DNA from: Terriglobia bacterium
GTDB taxonomy: Bacteria > Acidobacteriota > Terriglobia > JAIQFV01
Assembly (NCBI GenBank): GCA_041494885.1
Contig: JBGQBO010000001.1
Location: 158,101-222,100, forward strand
Reading direction: 5' to 3'
Length of the DNA stretch: 64,000 nucleotides
Shown piece by piece: positions 20,575 to 29,341 of the stretch (its first letter is position 1; each line of letters starts with the position of its first letter). Position numbers and translations under genes: made by a program. The notes under the pieces were generated by a model. The model was not told where the DNA came from and did not search any database. It saw only the letters and a list, made by a program, of their open reading frames with translations.

Positions 20575-22092
20575 TTATTTTTCAGGCCGGAGTTTTTCAC
20601 CAAACGGCTTTTCCAGTCCGCGCTTGGCGGCGGCGAGGGCCCCCCGGGAGTCATCACCGATCTGGACCGCTGCGGCATACTCACGGACGGCGGCGTCGCG
20701 CTCTCCCTCCAGATCGAACAGCCGGCCTAGAAAAATATGCGACCAGGCCTTCGTGGCGTTGTCGGCGTTCTTCTCCTTCAGGGCCTGCTCGAAATAGGAT
20801 CGCGCGTCGTCGGTGTTCCGCTGCAAGCTGCACGCGACTCCCAATCCGTACAAGGCCTTTGCCCGCAAAGTTTCATCCGACTCGGCGATTTGCTTGAAGA
20901 TCCTCTTGGCAGGTTCGTATTTCTCCTCACTGATCAGATCCTCCGCCTCATCCAGCTTTTTTTCATTCTCAGTCAGGATGCGCTTGGGAACCGTGGGCGG
21001 CGGGGGGAGGGTCACAAGAGCTAATGAGGCGACGTACTTCTTTTCCGCGTCCATATCGATCGACTCCACCATATCGCCGAGCGACTCTCGAATCCCCTGC
21101 TCGCTCTTCTCGAACTCCTTGAACTCGTTGTAAAAATGTCGGATCAGGAAATAACCGGAGGCCGCATTTCGGGTGAGTTCGTCGTTTGCTTTGGCCGGCG
21201 GCAGTTTTCGAAGGCGAAGCTCTGCGGCCCGAATAATGCACTCGATGGCAAAGAGCATGAAATCCTTCTTGAACTGGGGATCGAGATTCGGATTGTTTGT
21301 CGCCAAATCCATCAGCGTCCTCTTGCCGTAAAAGCGGTTGGCAAATTTCAAGCTCAGCGGGTCAAGAACAAAATGGAAAAATTGGTGGCGGATCTCGTCC
21401 AAGGTGGTATGCGGGGCCGGGGGAACCACCAGGTAGTAGTCCTCGCCGTAGTTGCGCGCCAGCGCCGCGGAACTCGCTCCCAGGACATCAATCACGATGT
21501 AGTAGTGTCGCCCAAGGTAGGAGGAGGACGGCATCCGGAGGTAAGCCTCGGTTTGCTGAATCGTCCGCATGACCATAGCCTGCTGGGCCTCCACAGAGCT
21601 ATCCAGGGTGGGTTGTGCTCTTCCCCATTCCCTTTCCAGGTGTGTCGTTTCATAGAATTCCTTCACCAGAGGTTCAAACTCCTGGATCGGGAGGACATCC
21701 GGCGGCAACTTCTCATGACTCCATACGAATCCCCATTTCGGGGGTTGATCCAGGACCAGCGCCAGCGAAACGTACTTGGACAATTCGGCGCTGCGATCTG
21801 TCCCTTCCTGATGCGACACGAAGAACTGTTTCAATCGTTCACGAAGATCCGCCGGGAGATTCCTTTCAAGTGCATTCTGGACCTGCTCCCGAACCGCGCT
21901 TGTGCCCGGAGTAACCGTCGAACTGAAATTCAACCCGGCAGCGCGAAGCGCGGAGAGTACCGTGAACAAGCGAACATCGCCATCCATGGTGATCATCGAC
22001 TTCTGCGCCCACAGGGGAGAAACCAGCAGCCATCCGAAACAACAGACCCCCGCCAGCACTCGTGTGGCCCCTCTCATCGTTGTTGAACTCAT
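20575..22092 (-). CDS. Hypothetical secreted protein with C-terminal TPR repeats
   Basis: 505 aa; N-terminal signal peptide, C-terminal 120 aa TPR-like (AKALYGLGVACSLQRN...). Confidence 0.5.
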   Translation of the reverse strand: MSSTTMRGATRVLAGVCCFGWLLVSPLWAQKSMITMDGDVRLFTVLSALRAAGLNFSSTVTPGTSAVREQVQNALERNLPADLRERLKQFFVSHQEGTDRSAELSKYVSLALVLDQPPKWGFVWSHEKLPPDVLPIQEFEPLVKEFYETTHLEREWGRAQPTLDSSVEAQQAMVMRTIQQTEAYLRMPSSSYLGRHYYIVIDVLGASSAALARNYGEDYYLVVPPAPHTTLDEIRHQFFHFVLDPLSLKFANRFYGKRTLMDLATNNPNLDPQFKKDFMLFAIECIIRAAELRLRKLPPAKANDELTRNAASGYFLIRHFYNEFKEFEKSEQGIRESLGDMVESIDMDAEKKYVASLALVTLPPPPTVPKRILTENEKKLDEAEDLISEEKYEPAKRIFKQIAESDETLRAKALYGLGVACSLQRNTDDARSYFEQALKEKNADNATKAWSHIFLGRLFDLEGERDAAVREYAAAVQIGDDSRGALAAAKRGLEKPFGEKLRPEK

Positions 22093-22252
22093 TCAGGCAT
22101 TCCGTCCTGTCGAAAGTAATCGTTCACGACCCGGCTGTGTTGATTGCAGGCGAAACAGCCTCGCAAATATTTAATGAAATTGCAAGTCTCACTTCCGCCT
22201 TGCGCATTCCAGGAGTCGAATCCGACACTCAATATGGTAAGATAACTTTGTT

Positions 22253-22828
22253 ATGAAAATAGCCCCGGGAACTGCCCTGTTACTTCTCGCTGGAATGCTG
22301 ACGATTTCATGCGGAGCCCGCCAGGAGAAGCGGCTCGCTCAAAACCTGGAATCGCTCCAGATTGCCGACCTGGGGGCGAAGGACGTGAAAGTCAGTTCGT
22401 TTCTTCCGCACGGAAAAGATGAAGCCATCCTCGTGGCCGATCTTCATACCGCCTTTCTCATGAAGAGAAATGCAAAAGGTCAATGGGAGATCCGATCGGT
22501 TCGCCTGGGTGATCGGAATTGGGAGGATGCGAAGGAACTTGCGCAAGCGCTTCGTCAGGTGAGGCTCGAACACGTCAAGAGTGATTTTGAAAAACTCGCG
22601 AACGGCATCGAAAAATACGAGAGCCAAACAAAATCCTTGCCCGCCGTGCAGGGAATCGAACCCCTGGTGGATCTCCTTTTTCCCACCTATATGCCCGAAG
22701 CTGTGCGGGTGGACCCCTGGTCAGTCGAGTACAACTACCTGCTCAAATCGCCCACATCCTATACCCTCATCTCCGCAGGTCCGGACCGCAAGTTTGGCAC
22801 TGCCGACGACATTCGGTTCGAGCGCTGA
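22253..22828 (+). CDS. Lipoprotein with a C-terminal domain resembling T2SS pseudopilin GspG (GspG_C-like)
   Basis: 191 aa; lipobox LTISC; C-terminus YNYLLKSPTSYTLISAGPDRKFGTADDIRF resembles the GspG C-terminal motif but lacks an N-terminal prepilin signal. Confidence 0.45.
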   Translation: MKIAPGTALLLLAGMLTISCGARQEKRLAQNLESLQIADLGAKDVKVSSFLPHGKDEAILVADLHTAFLMKRNAKGQWEIRSVRLGDRNWEDAKELAQALRQVRLEHVKSDFEKLANGIEKYESQTKSLPAVQGIEPLVDLLFPTYMPEAVRVDPWSVEYNYLLKSPTSYTLISAGPDRKFGTADDIRFER

Positions 22829-22985
22829 TCGGACACTGACAACGCAGACGACACAGAGAAGTGACAACAATCGTCCATGGGTTTGAGTCTCGTCTGCGTA
22901 AGGAGTGTCCAAAATGAAAACCGGCTGGAAATGACATGATTTCTGCCAGACCAGCCGGAGAACTGCAACAAACTACCCTCTTGCT

Positions 22986-23561
22986 TCACGGAAACTTCGT
23001 CACGGCCTCAATGACCTGCTGATCAGGCAACAGCTTTCCTTCCACGTTTTCCCAAAGGATCTTACCGTCTGCTCCTACCAGAAAGTAAGTTCTCTTGGCC
23101 ACTACGGAGTGGATGCCCGGGACGTTGATTTCATGTTCGATGTGATAGTCCTTAACGACCTTGCGTTCCATGTCACTCAACAGCGGGAACGGCAGACTCA
23201 GGCTCTCCCTGAATTTATCCTGTGAGAAGGGTGTATCCGTGCTGATGCCCCACACTTCAATGTTCTTGGCCTTGAGTTTTTCATAATTCTCTCTGAACCC
23301 AGAGAGTTCGGTCGTTCAACCTCCCGTGAAATCGAACACGTAAAAGGCCAGGAGAACCTTCTTCTTGCCTCGCATATCGCTCAATTTCACAGGAGTGAGT
23401 TTGCCCCCCGAAGGAAGGGTAAAATCCGGGGCCAGGTCACCCACTTTGGGGGGCTGCCCATTGGCGCTCGGGGGAGGAGATGTAGTTTGAGCCACTGACA
23501 GTGTCGCGCCCATGAGGCATGTCGCTACAAGCAGTAACCCGACAAAAAAGAGTTTTTTCAT
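22986..23561 (-). CDS. Selenocysteine-containing secreted peroxiredoxin (AhpC/TSA-like); in-frame TGA at 23318..23316 read as Sec
   Basis: Track ORFs 23316..23645 (-) and 22986..23255 (-) are in the same frame, separated only by one TGA. The joined protein is signal peptide MKKLFFVGLLLVATCLMG … VLLAFYVFDFTGG-U-TTELSGFRENYEKLKAKNIEVWGISTDTPFSQ… This is the Prx FDFTFVCPTE motif with Sec in place of the peroxidatic Cys. Start ATG chosen at the signal peptide (23561), preceded by a GAAAGG Shine-Dalgarno. Confidence 0.7.
23289..23306 (-). promoter_or_regulatory. Putative bacterial SECIS hairpin for the Sec-Prx UGA
   Basis: mRNA: UGA + 9 nt + CUCUCUG-GGUU-CAGAGAG (perfect 7-bp stem, GGUU apical loop). 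Confidence 0.5.
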
Positions 23562-23717
23562 CGTGGCCTTTCTCAAAAAATGAGATTCAGAATCGATTTT
23601 CAATTGGAGCCATGACACTATATCGAATCCCCCGGGAACATGCAAGCGACGAGTGGGCCTTCAGGCCTTCAACAAAGGATTCGAGCTCCGTCAAGACCGA
23701 ATCTCAAAAACTACGGC

Positions 23718-24728
23718 TTAACCTTTGGCCGCGATGCCCTCGAGTCTTTTGAGGTGGGAGGGATCCCCCATCGCGATCAGGCAGTCGCCGGCCTCGATGC
23801 GCGTCTCCGAAGTGGGGTTAAACACCATGTTTCCATCCGCTTTCTTCATGGCCAGGACAATGATGTTCATTTCCTGACGGATCCCGGAATCCTGCAAGGT
23901 TCGGTTGGAGAGGGCACAACCTGTGCTGATAGGAATCTCTTCGATCGCCAGATTCAATTTCTCAGCGCCCAGGGTCGATGTGGCCACGTCAAGAAAGTCG
24001 TAGACGTTGGGACGCAGCATTGCCTGGGCAATGCGGTGCCCCGTAAAAATATAAGGCGAGATGACCTCGGTGGCGCCCGCCCGTCGCAGCTTTTCCTCGG
24101 CATCTTCTTCACTGGCCCGCGCGATAATGGGCAAATTTTGTCTCAAGCCACGCGCGGTCAGGGTCACATAGACGTTGTCGGCATCAGAGGTGATGACACT
24201 GATTAACCCCCTCGCTCGTTCGATACCGGCATCTCTCAACACCGTCTCTTTGGTGGAATCCCCCAAAATGACCAGGGCGCCCTCTTCACGAATACGGTTG
24301 GCCTTTGCCTCATCCCTTTCGATGACGACAAAAGCGACTGAGTGGGACCGAAATTCCTTGGCCACTCTTCGACCCACCCGCCCGGCCCCGCAGATGATGA
24401 AATGATCTTTAATTTGCTGAATATCCTTTTCCATACGCCTCCGCCCCAGAATCGTATGGACTTCCAGGCTGATAAAATACTGGACCAAGCTGGTCACCGC
24501 AAAACCCGCGGATCCGATGCCCAACACCACCAGCACCACCGTAAGGAATTTTCCCGCCGGGCTGATCTCCAGGATGCCGTCGTAACCCAGTGTGCTCACG
24601 GTGATGACCGTGACGTAGAAGCTACGCCCCAGGCTCCAGTGCTCAATGTAGTGAAACCCCAGCGTGCCGATGCCGTTCACGATCAGCATGAGGGAGAGGA
24701 TGAGGTAGATTCTGTAAGTTAACTTCAA
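23718..24728 (-). CDS. Potassium channel protein with TrkA/RCK regulatory domains
   Basis: 336 aa; two TM helices plus pore region SFYVTVITVSTLGYDGI, then Rossmann GxGxxG (ICGAGRVGRR) RCK-N and RCK-C. Confidence 0.8.
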   Translation of the reverse strand: MKLTYRIYLILSLMLIVNGIGTLGFHYIEHWSLGRSFYVTVITVSTLGYDGILEISPAGKFLTVVLVVLGIGSAGFAVTSLVQYFISLEVHTILGRRRMEKDIQQIKDHFIICGAGRVGRRVAKEFRSHSVAFVVIERDEAKANRIREEGALVILGDSTKETVLRDAGIERARGLISVITSDADNVYVTLTARGLRQNLPIIARASEEDAEEKLRRAGATEVISPYIFTGHRIAQAMLRPNVYDFLDVATSTLGAEKLNLAIEEIPISTGCALSNRTLQDSGIRQEMNIIVLAMKKADGNMVFNPTSETRIEAGDCLIAMGDPSHLKRLEGIAAKG

Positions 24729-24837
24729 GGCTGGATTCCCGGCTCGATCAACCGCGTTATGAAGGGGATGGTAAGTGAAGGTCCAATCCCCGTCAACTCT
24801 AAACTGTAGCCCTGGTTGCTTGCACTGGTGGGCTATG

Positions 24838-25056
24838 CTATAAACGGGCTTAGGTGCGAGGTTTTAGGTGTTAGGTGATGGGTGTTAGAAAGTTGGAACC
24901 GGGATTGAAAGACTGGAAGCCAAAGGCCGGAGATCAGAAGTCGGAAGTCGGAGGTCAGATGTCGGAAGCCAGAACCGAAAAAGGTGGCATTCTTGACTTT
25001 TAGCTTTGGACCTTGGACTTTGAACTGGATTTTTTTGAGCTTTGGACTCTTCTAGA
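24838..25056. repeat. Composite intergenic repeat element (TAGGTG x3; GAAGTCG-type heptamer tandem; TTGGAC/CTTTGGAC tandem), inverted copy
   Basis: Read directly; its reverse complement has the same block order as 27919..28094 (CCAAAG-type repeats followed by TCTGACYTC repeats). Confidence 0.55.
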
Positions 25057-25058
25057 CC

Positions 25059-25763
25059 ATGAAAGTTCAAGTTCTTTACTTTGCATATTGTCGTGACCTC
25101 ATGGGTTGTGAGCGCGAGTGGCTAACCCTCGATGACACGGCGAGCGTCGCAGACCTGCTGACGAAGTGTCTCTCAGAGAAACCTGCCTTGGAACCCCTCA
25201 AAAAGAATCTCCTGGTCGCTGTCAATCAGGAATACGCAAGGACTGACCACAGATTGGTAGATGGGGATGAAGTCGCCATCTTTCCTCCGGTGAGCGGGGG
25301 AGCTGCAGAGATCGATGTCCTGCATGATTTTTTTGCCATCACGAAGTCACCCATCGACACTGCGCACATACTTCAGGCCTTGAAACAGCCCCAGGATGGA
25401 GCCGTCGTGGCCTTTGAGGGAATTGTCCGAAACAACTCCCGGGGCAAGCAAACGCGCTACGTGGAATATCATGGCTATGAACCCATGGCACTTAAGAAGA
25501 TTCGCGAAATCGGCGAGCGTATTAAATCCATGTGGGACATCGACGGCGTCGCTATCGTGCACCGGTTGGGCCATTTGGAAATTGGTGAATCGAGTGTCCT
25601 CATTGTGGTTACTTCGCCCCACCGTAAAGCGGCATTTGATGCCTGCCACTACGCCATCGACGTTCTGAAGAAGACCGTTCCTATTTGGAAGAAAGAGTGC
25701 TTTGAGGACGGTGAAGTGTGGGTTGAAGGCGACATCCCTGTCAAGGCATGCCACGAGCACTAA
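25059..25763 (+). CDS. moaDE: Molybdopterin synthase MoaD-MoaE fusion
   Basis: 234 aa; N-terminal 81 aa ends ...IFPPVSGG (MoaD Gly-Gly). The remainder matches MoaE (VVAFEGIVRNNSRGK...YHGYEPMA...). Confidence 0.85.
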   Translation: MKVQVLYFAYCRDLMGCEREWLTLDDTASVADLLTKCLSEKPALEPLKKNLLVAVNQEYARTDHRLVDGDEVAIFPPVSGGAAEIDVLHDFFAITKSPIDTAHILQALKQPQDGAVVAFEGIVRNNSRGKQTRYVEYHGYEPMALKKIREIGERIKSMWDIDGVAIVHRLGHLEIGESSVLIVVTSPHRKAAFDACHYAIDVLKKTVPIWKKECFEDGEVWVEGDIPVKACHEH

Positions 25764-25897
25764 CAGGTTGAGTCAGCTTCCTTCACAGCCGTTTCTGGCC
25801 CTTCTGTTTTGTTTGGACCTTCATCTGAACCAACGCGCCCCCAGAATGCAGCATCCAAGGTGAATGAAAAAGATGATGAGTCGTTGATGCGGCGAGA

Positions 25898-26977
25898 ATG
25901 GAATTTCCTTATTCCTGTCCTCCAAGACTCCTGGAAAATGTACGAGGGAAGGTGAGCAAAGCTGCGATGGGTGAACGGGTAGCGCCTTTTTTGCACCTGG
26001 CGGATTCAATAAACTGTCTGCTCAGAAGGGCTTGCCTCTTTTTGATCCTCCTGTCCGGCTTCTGTTTTCCAGAGATCCTCATAAGCGCCTCCCCGCAAGC
26101 CAGTCCCGGGACGGCCAAACCGTCTACCTCAAACCAGGAGCCCCCCACGGCGAGATTCAAAGTGGATGTCAACCTGACGGTGATCCATGCCACCGTGACC
26201 AATCCGGGCGGATGGGTAGACCGTAGCCTGACACGGGAGGACTTCGAGCTCAAGGAGGAAGGGCTGAAGCAGGGGATCGCGTTCTTCAGCCGGGAGTCTG
26301 AATTGCCGTTGCGGGTCGCCTTGCTGGTGGATTCAAGTTTGAGCACGGCGCGCGATTTGAAATTCGAGTCCGAGGCGGCGGTTCGATTCTTCCGATCCGT
26401 CCTGCGGCCGCAGGATGGGGCTGCCGTCTTTGAATTCTCTTACGATGTCCACCAGCTCTCAAATTACACCAACGACATCGAATCCTTATCGCGCGGGATT
26501 AAAGCCATTACCCCCGAGACAGCCACCTCTCTTTTTGATGCCATTTATCTGGCCTCAGAGACCCTCCGGTCGCGCAAACAGAAGAAGATCATGGTCATCG
26601 TCAGCGACGGGGCAGACACCACGAGCCGGGTCAGTTATGCGGATGCGCTTCGGGCCGCCAACGAAGCGGAAGCCATAATATTTTCGATCATCATTACGCC
26701 GGTAAAAAGTGATGCGGGCAGGGCGCTGGGGGGGGAACATGCCCTGATCACGCTTTCGGAAGAGACCGGCGGGATGTCATTTTTTCCAAATTCCATTGGA
26801 GAGCTGGACAATATCTATTCCCGGATCAGCGAGGAATTGCGGACTCAGTACACGCTGGGATATTATTCCTCGGTCAGTGCCCCCTCCTCTCAACTGCGTC
26901 ACATTACGCTGACCACTCGCAATCCCCGCCTCACCGTCCGAACCCGTCGGGGATATTTCCAGAAACCGGCCCCCTGA
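25898..26977 (+). CDS. VWA-domain protein, probably secreted
   Basis: 359 aa; hydrophobic leader, vWFA domain with MIDAS-like LLVDSSLST...; true start may be an internal Met. Confidence 0.65.
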   Translation: MEFPYSCPPRLLENVRGKVSKAAMGERVAPFLHLADSINCLLRRACLFLILLSGFCFPEILISASPQASPGTAKPSTSNQEPPTARFKVDVNLTVIHATVTNPGGWVDRSLTREDFELKEEGLKQGIAFFSRESELPLRVALLVDSSLSTARDLKFESEAAVRFFRSVLRPQDGAAVFEFSYDVHQLSNYTNDIESLSRGIKAITPETATSLFDAIYLASETLRSRKQKKIMVIVSDGADTTSRVSYADALRAANEAEAIIFSIIITPVKSDAGRALGGEHALITLSEETGGMSFFPNSIGELDNIYSRISEELRTQYTLGYYSSVSAPSSQLRHITLTTRNPRLTVRTRRGYFQKPAP

Positions 26978-27135
26978 CGGAGGAACCCTCCTGCAAGTAT
27001 TTTCTATTCCCAGGCGATTTCGCAGCTATAATCAAAGCTTCAATGGTGATGCCTGTTCCGCCTGCCCGGGGACAAGTGCCCACTGGGGATTGCAGACGTT
27101 CAACTCCGTGATTCGAGGTTCGACTACTTCTTCCC

Positions 27136-27918
27136 ATGCTTCCCTTTCTTGAAACTGCACTGGATGCGGCGAAGGCAGCCGGTGAAATCCTGCTCCGGTC
27201 CTACGAAAAACCTAAGGATATTGAGTACAAGGGGGATGTCGACCTGGTCACTGAGGTGGATCGTGCGTCCGAACGGCTCATCCTCGAAAAGATCCTGGGC
27301 CAGTATCCCACTCACGCCATCGTCGCGGAGGAAAGCGGCGACCGGAAATCCGAATCGGACTATCGCTGGATCATCGACCCCCTGGATGGCACAACCAACT
27401 ATGCTCACAACCTGCCCCTCTTCTCAATATCCATTGCACTGGAATACAAGAAAGAGATCATCGTGGGTGTCGTGTACGATCCCGTTCGACCTGAACTCTT
27501 TTATGCCGAAAAGGATTGCGGAGCCTATCAGAATGGCAAACCGATTTCGGTTTCGGCTGTAAACGACCTGGGACGGTCCCTGCTCGTTACCGGGTTCCCG
27601 ATCCGGAAGCGGGAGGAAGCTGAGACCAATTTGCAGGTTTTCAGGGCGTTCACCATGCGCGCACAAGGCGTCCGCAGGCTCGGAAGTGCCGCACTCGATA
27701 TCTGCTACGTGGCCTGTGGCCGCTTTGAAGCACACTGGGAGTTCCGACTCCATGCCTGGGATACCGCCGCAGCCAGTTGCATCCTTAAGGAGGCGGGAGG
27801 GCGGATCACCGATTTTGGAGGTCAACCCTTTGACCCCTTCGGCACCGAAACGCTCGCAACCAACGGCAAGATTCATGAATCCATGATGCAGGTGCTGGCA
27901 CCCTTTCGAGACAAGTAA
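27136..27918 (+). CDS. suhB: Inositol monophosphatase family protein
   Basis: 260 aa; EESG, WIIDPLDGTTNYAH, WDTAAA motifs. Confidence 0.85.
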   Translation: MLPFLETALDAAKAAGEILLRSYEKPKDIEYKGDVDLVTEVDRASERLILEKILGQYPTHAIVAEESGDRKSESDYRWIIDPLDGTTNYAHNLPLFSISIALEYKKEIIVGVVYDPVRPELFYAEKDCGAYQNGKPISVSAVNDLGRSLLVTGFPIRKREEAETNLQVFRAFTMRAQGVRRLGSAALDICYVACGRFEAHWEFRLHAWDTAAASCILKEAGGRITDFGGQPFDPFGTETLATNGKIHESMMQVLAPFRDK

Positions 27919-28094
27919 GAAAAGTCCAAAGTCCAAAGTTCATGGAAATCCAGTTCAAAGCTCCAAGTTCAAAGTTCAAAGTCGAGAATTCCACCTTCTT
28001 CATTTCTGACCTCCGATTTCTGACTTCTGACTTCTGACTTCTGGTCCCCGGGTTCCGGCCTCTTGTCTCTGACTTCCGGCGCCTGGGCACCGAC
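27919..28094. repeat. Composite intergenic repeat element (AGTCCAAAG tandem then TCTGACYTC tandem), direct copy
   Basis: agtccaaagtccaaagttca...aagttcaaagttcaaagtc followed by tctgacctccgatttctgacttctgacttctgacttctgg; inverted homolog at 24838..25056. Confidence 0.55.
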
Positions 28095-28096
28095 AA

Positions 28097-28474
28097 ATGA
28101 CGATTAACAAAATGGCAGACCGAATCCTCACGCTGATCCCGGACATGTTCTTTGCGGCAAAGGTGGAAGAAACTGCAAAGCACCTGGGGATTTCTCTCGT
28201 GACCCTCCTATCAGAAGAATCCTTGATTGCAGAAGTGAGACGAGAAAGCCCATCTATAGTCATCATTGATCTGAATTTCGATGCTGCCAGATCGCCAGAA
28301 GTAATCAAAAATGTCAAGCTGGCGTGTAGCCCCAATCCCGTACGGGTACTGGCCTTCCTTTCTCACGTTCAGGCAGACCTGGCTGATTCCGCACGGAGGG
28401 CGGGAGCTTATGTGGTGGTGCCAAGATCCTACTTTTCAAAGCACCTGCCTGAGATACTCCAAGGAAACTTCTAG
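28097..28474 (+). CDS. Hypothetical protein with a CheY-like pattern of conserved hydrophobics but no clear phospho-acceptor
   Basis: 125 aa; alternating hydrophobic beta/alpha pattern (ILTLIPD...IVIIDLNFD...VLAF...YVVVP); weak call. Confidence 0.35.
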   Translation: MTINKMADRILTLIPDMFFAAKVEETAKHLGISLVTLLSEESLIAEVRRESPSIVIIDLNFDAARSPEVIKNVKLACSPNPVRVLAFLSHVQADLADSARRAGAYVVVPRSYFSKHLPEILQGNF

Positions 28475-28478
28475 CCCC

Positions 28479-29216
28479 ATGTCTCCCCCACTAAGCCGCG
28501 TCCTCACTGAAAAAGCTCGAGCCCTCGAACAGATTCAAAAAGAGGTGATTCGATGCCGGCGCTGTCCCCGTCTCGTGCGGTGGCGGGAAAAGGTGGCACA
28601 GGAGAAGGTGGCGCGGTATAGGGATCAGCGGTACTGGGGAAAGCCGGTTCCGAGTTTTGGAGATCGCAACGCCCATTTATGGGTCATCGGTCTCGCCCCC
28701 GCCGCCCACGGAGGAAACCGGACCGGACGAATGTTCACTGGGGATCGAAGTGGAGACTGGCTTTACCGCGTCTTGAACCGATTTGGATTCTCAAACCGGC
28801 TAATGTCGATCTCTCGAAATGACGGGTTGATACTCGTCGACTGCTACATCACTGCCTCGGCCCGATGTGCCCCACCTGTGAATAAACTACTCCTGAAGGA
28901 ACTGGAAAATTGCCGCCCCTTCCTGCTCCGGGAATTGAAGGTACTGGGAGGCAATACCCCCGGAGAAGAACGATTTGTTGTGATTACTTTGGGGAGAATT
29001 GCCTTTGATTCCTATTTGAAGACGTTTGATGAACTCGGAGGAGGACTGCCCCGTCCCCGACCGAAATTCTCCCACGGCGCCGAATTTCAACTCTCTGAAC
29101 AGTTGACTCTCATCGCCTCATTTCATCCAAGCCAGCAAAATACCTTTACCGGAAAGCTCACTGAACCCATGTTCGATCGAGTCTTCCGGCGCGCACGAGC
29201 GCTCATTTCAGCCTGA
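28479..29216 (+). CDS. Uracil-DNA glycosylase, family 4
   Basis: Internal start MSPPLSRV of track ORF 28311..29216; CRRCPRL (4Fe-4S Cys), GLAPAAHGGNRTGRMFTGD, family-4 UDG motifs. The upstream 56 codons overlap the previous gene and are probably not translated. Confidence 0.75.
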   Translation: MSPPLSRVLTEKARALEQIQKEVIRCRRCPRLVRWREKVAQEKVARYRDQRYWGKPVPSFGDRNAHLWVIGLAPAAHGGNRTGRMFTGDRSGDWLYRVLNRFGFSNRLMSISRNDGLILVDCYITASARCAPPVNKLLLKELENCRPFLLRELKVLGGNTPGEERFVVITLGRIAFDSYLKTFDELGGGLPRPRPKFSHGAEFQLSEQLTLIASFHPSQQNTFTGKLTEPMFDRVFRRARALISA

Positions 29217-29341
29217 GATTGCTATTCAATCCCTTCCATGCTTCCTCGACCACATCTCATGTGGAGTTGTGCCCCCCGGGTTCACCGTTCCCTGATTTTT
29301 CCTTGCTCTGAGGATTTGATTCCGCCTAAAATGCCCGCACC

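Noticed and set aside
21136-22086. 316-aa plus-strand ORF
   Set aside because: Entirely antisense to the 505-aa TPR protein gene. Arg-rich, no domain.
23316-23645. 109-aa ORF as an independent gene
   Set aside because: It is the N-terminal half of the Sec-peroxiredoxin. Its first 28 codons (TTG start) are probably untranslated 5' region.
28311-28478. N-terminal 56 codons of the UDG ORF
   Set aside because: Overlaps the 3' end of the preceding REC-like gene. The conserved UDG sequence starts at the internal Met.
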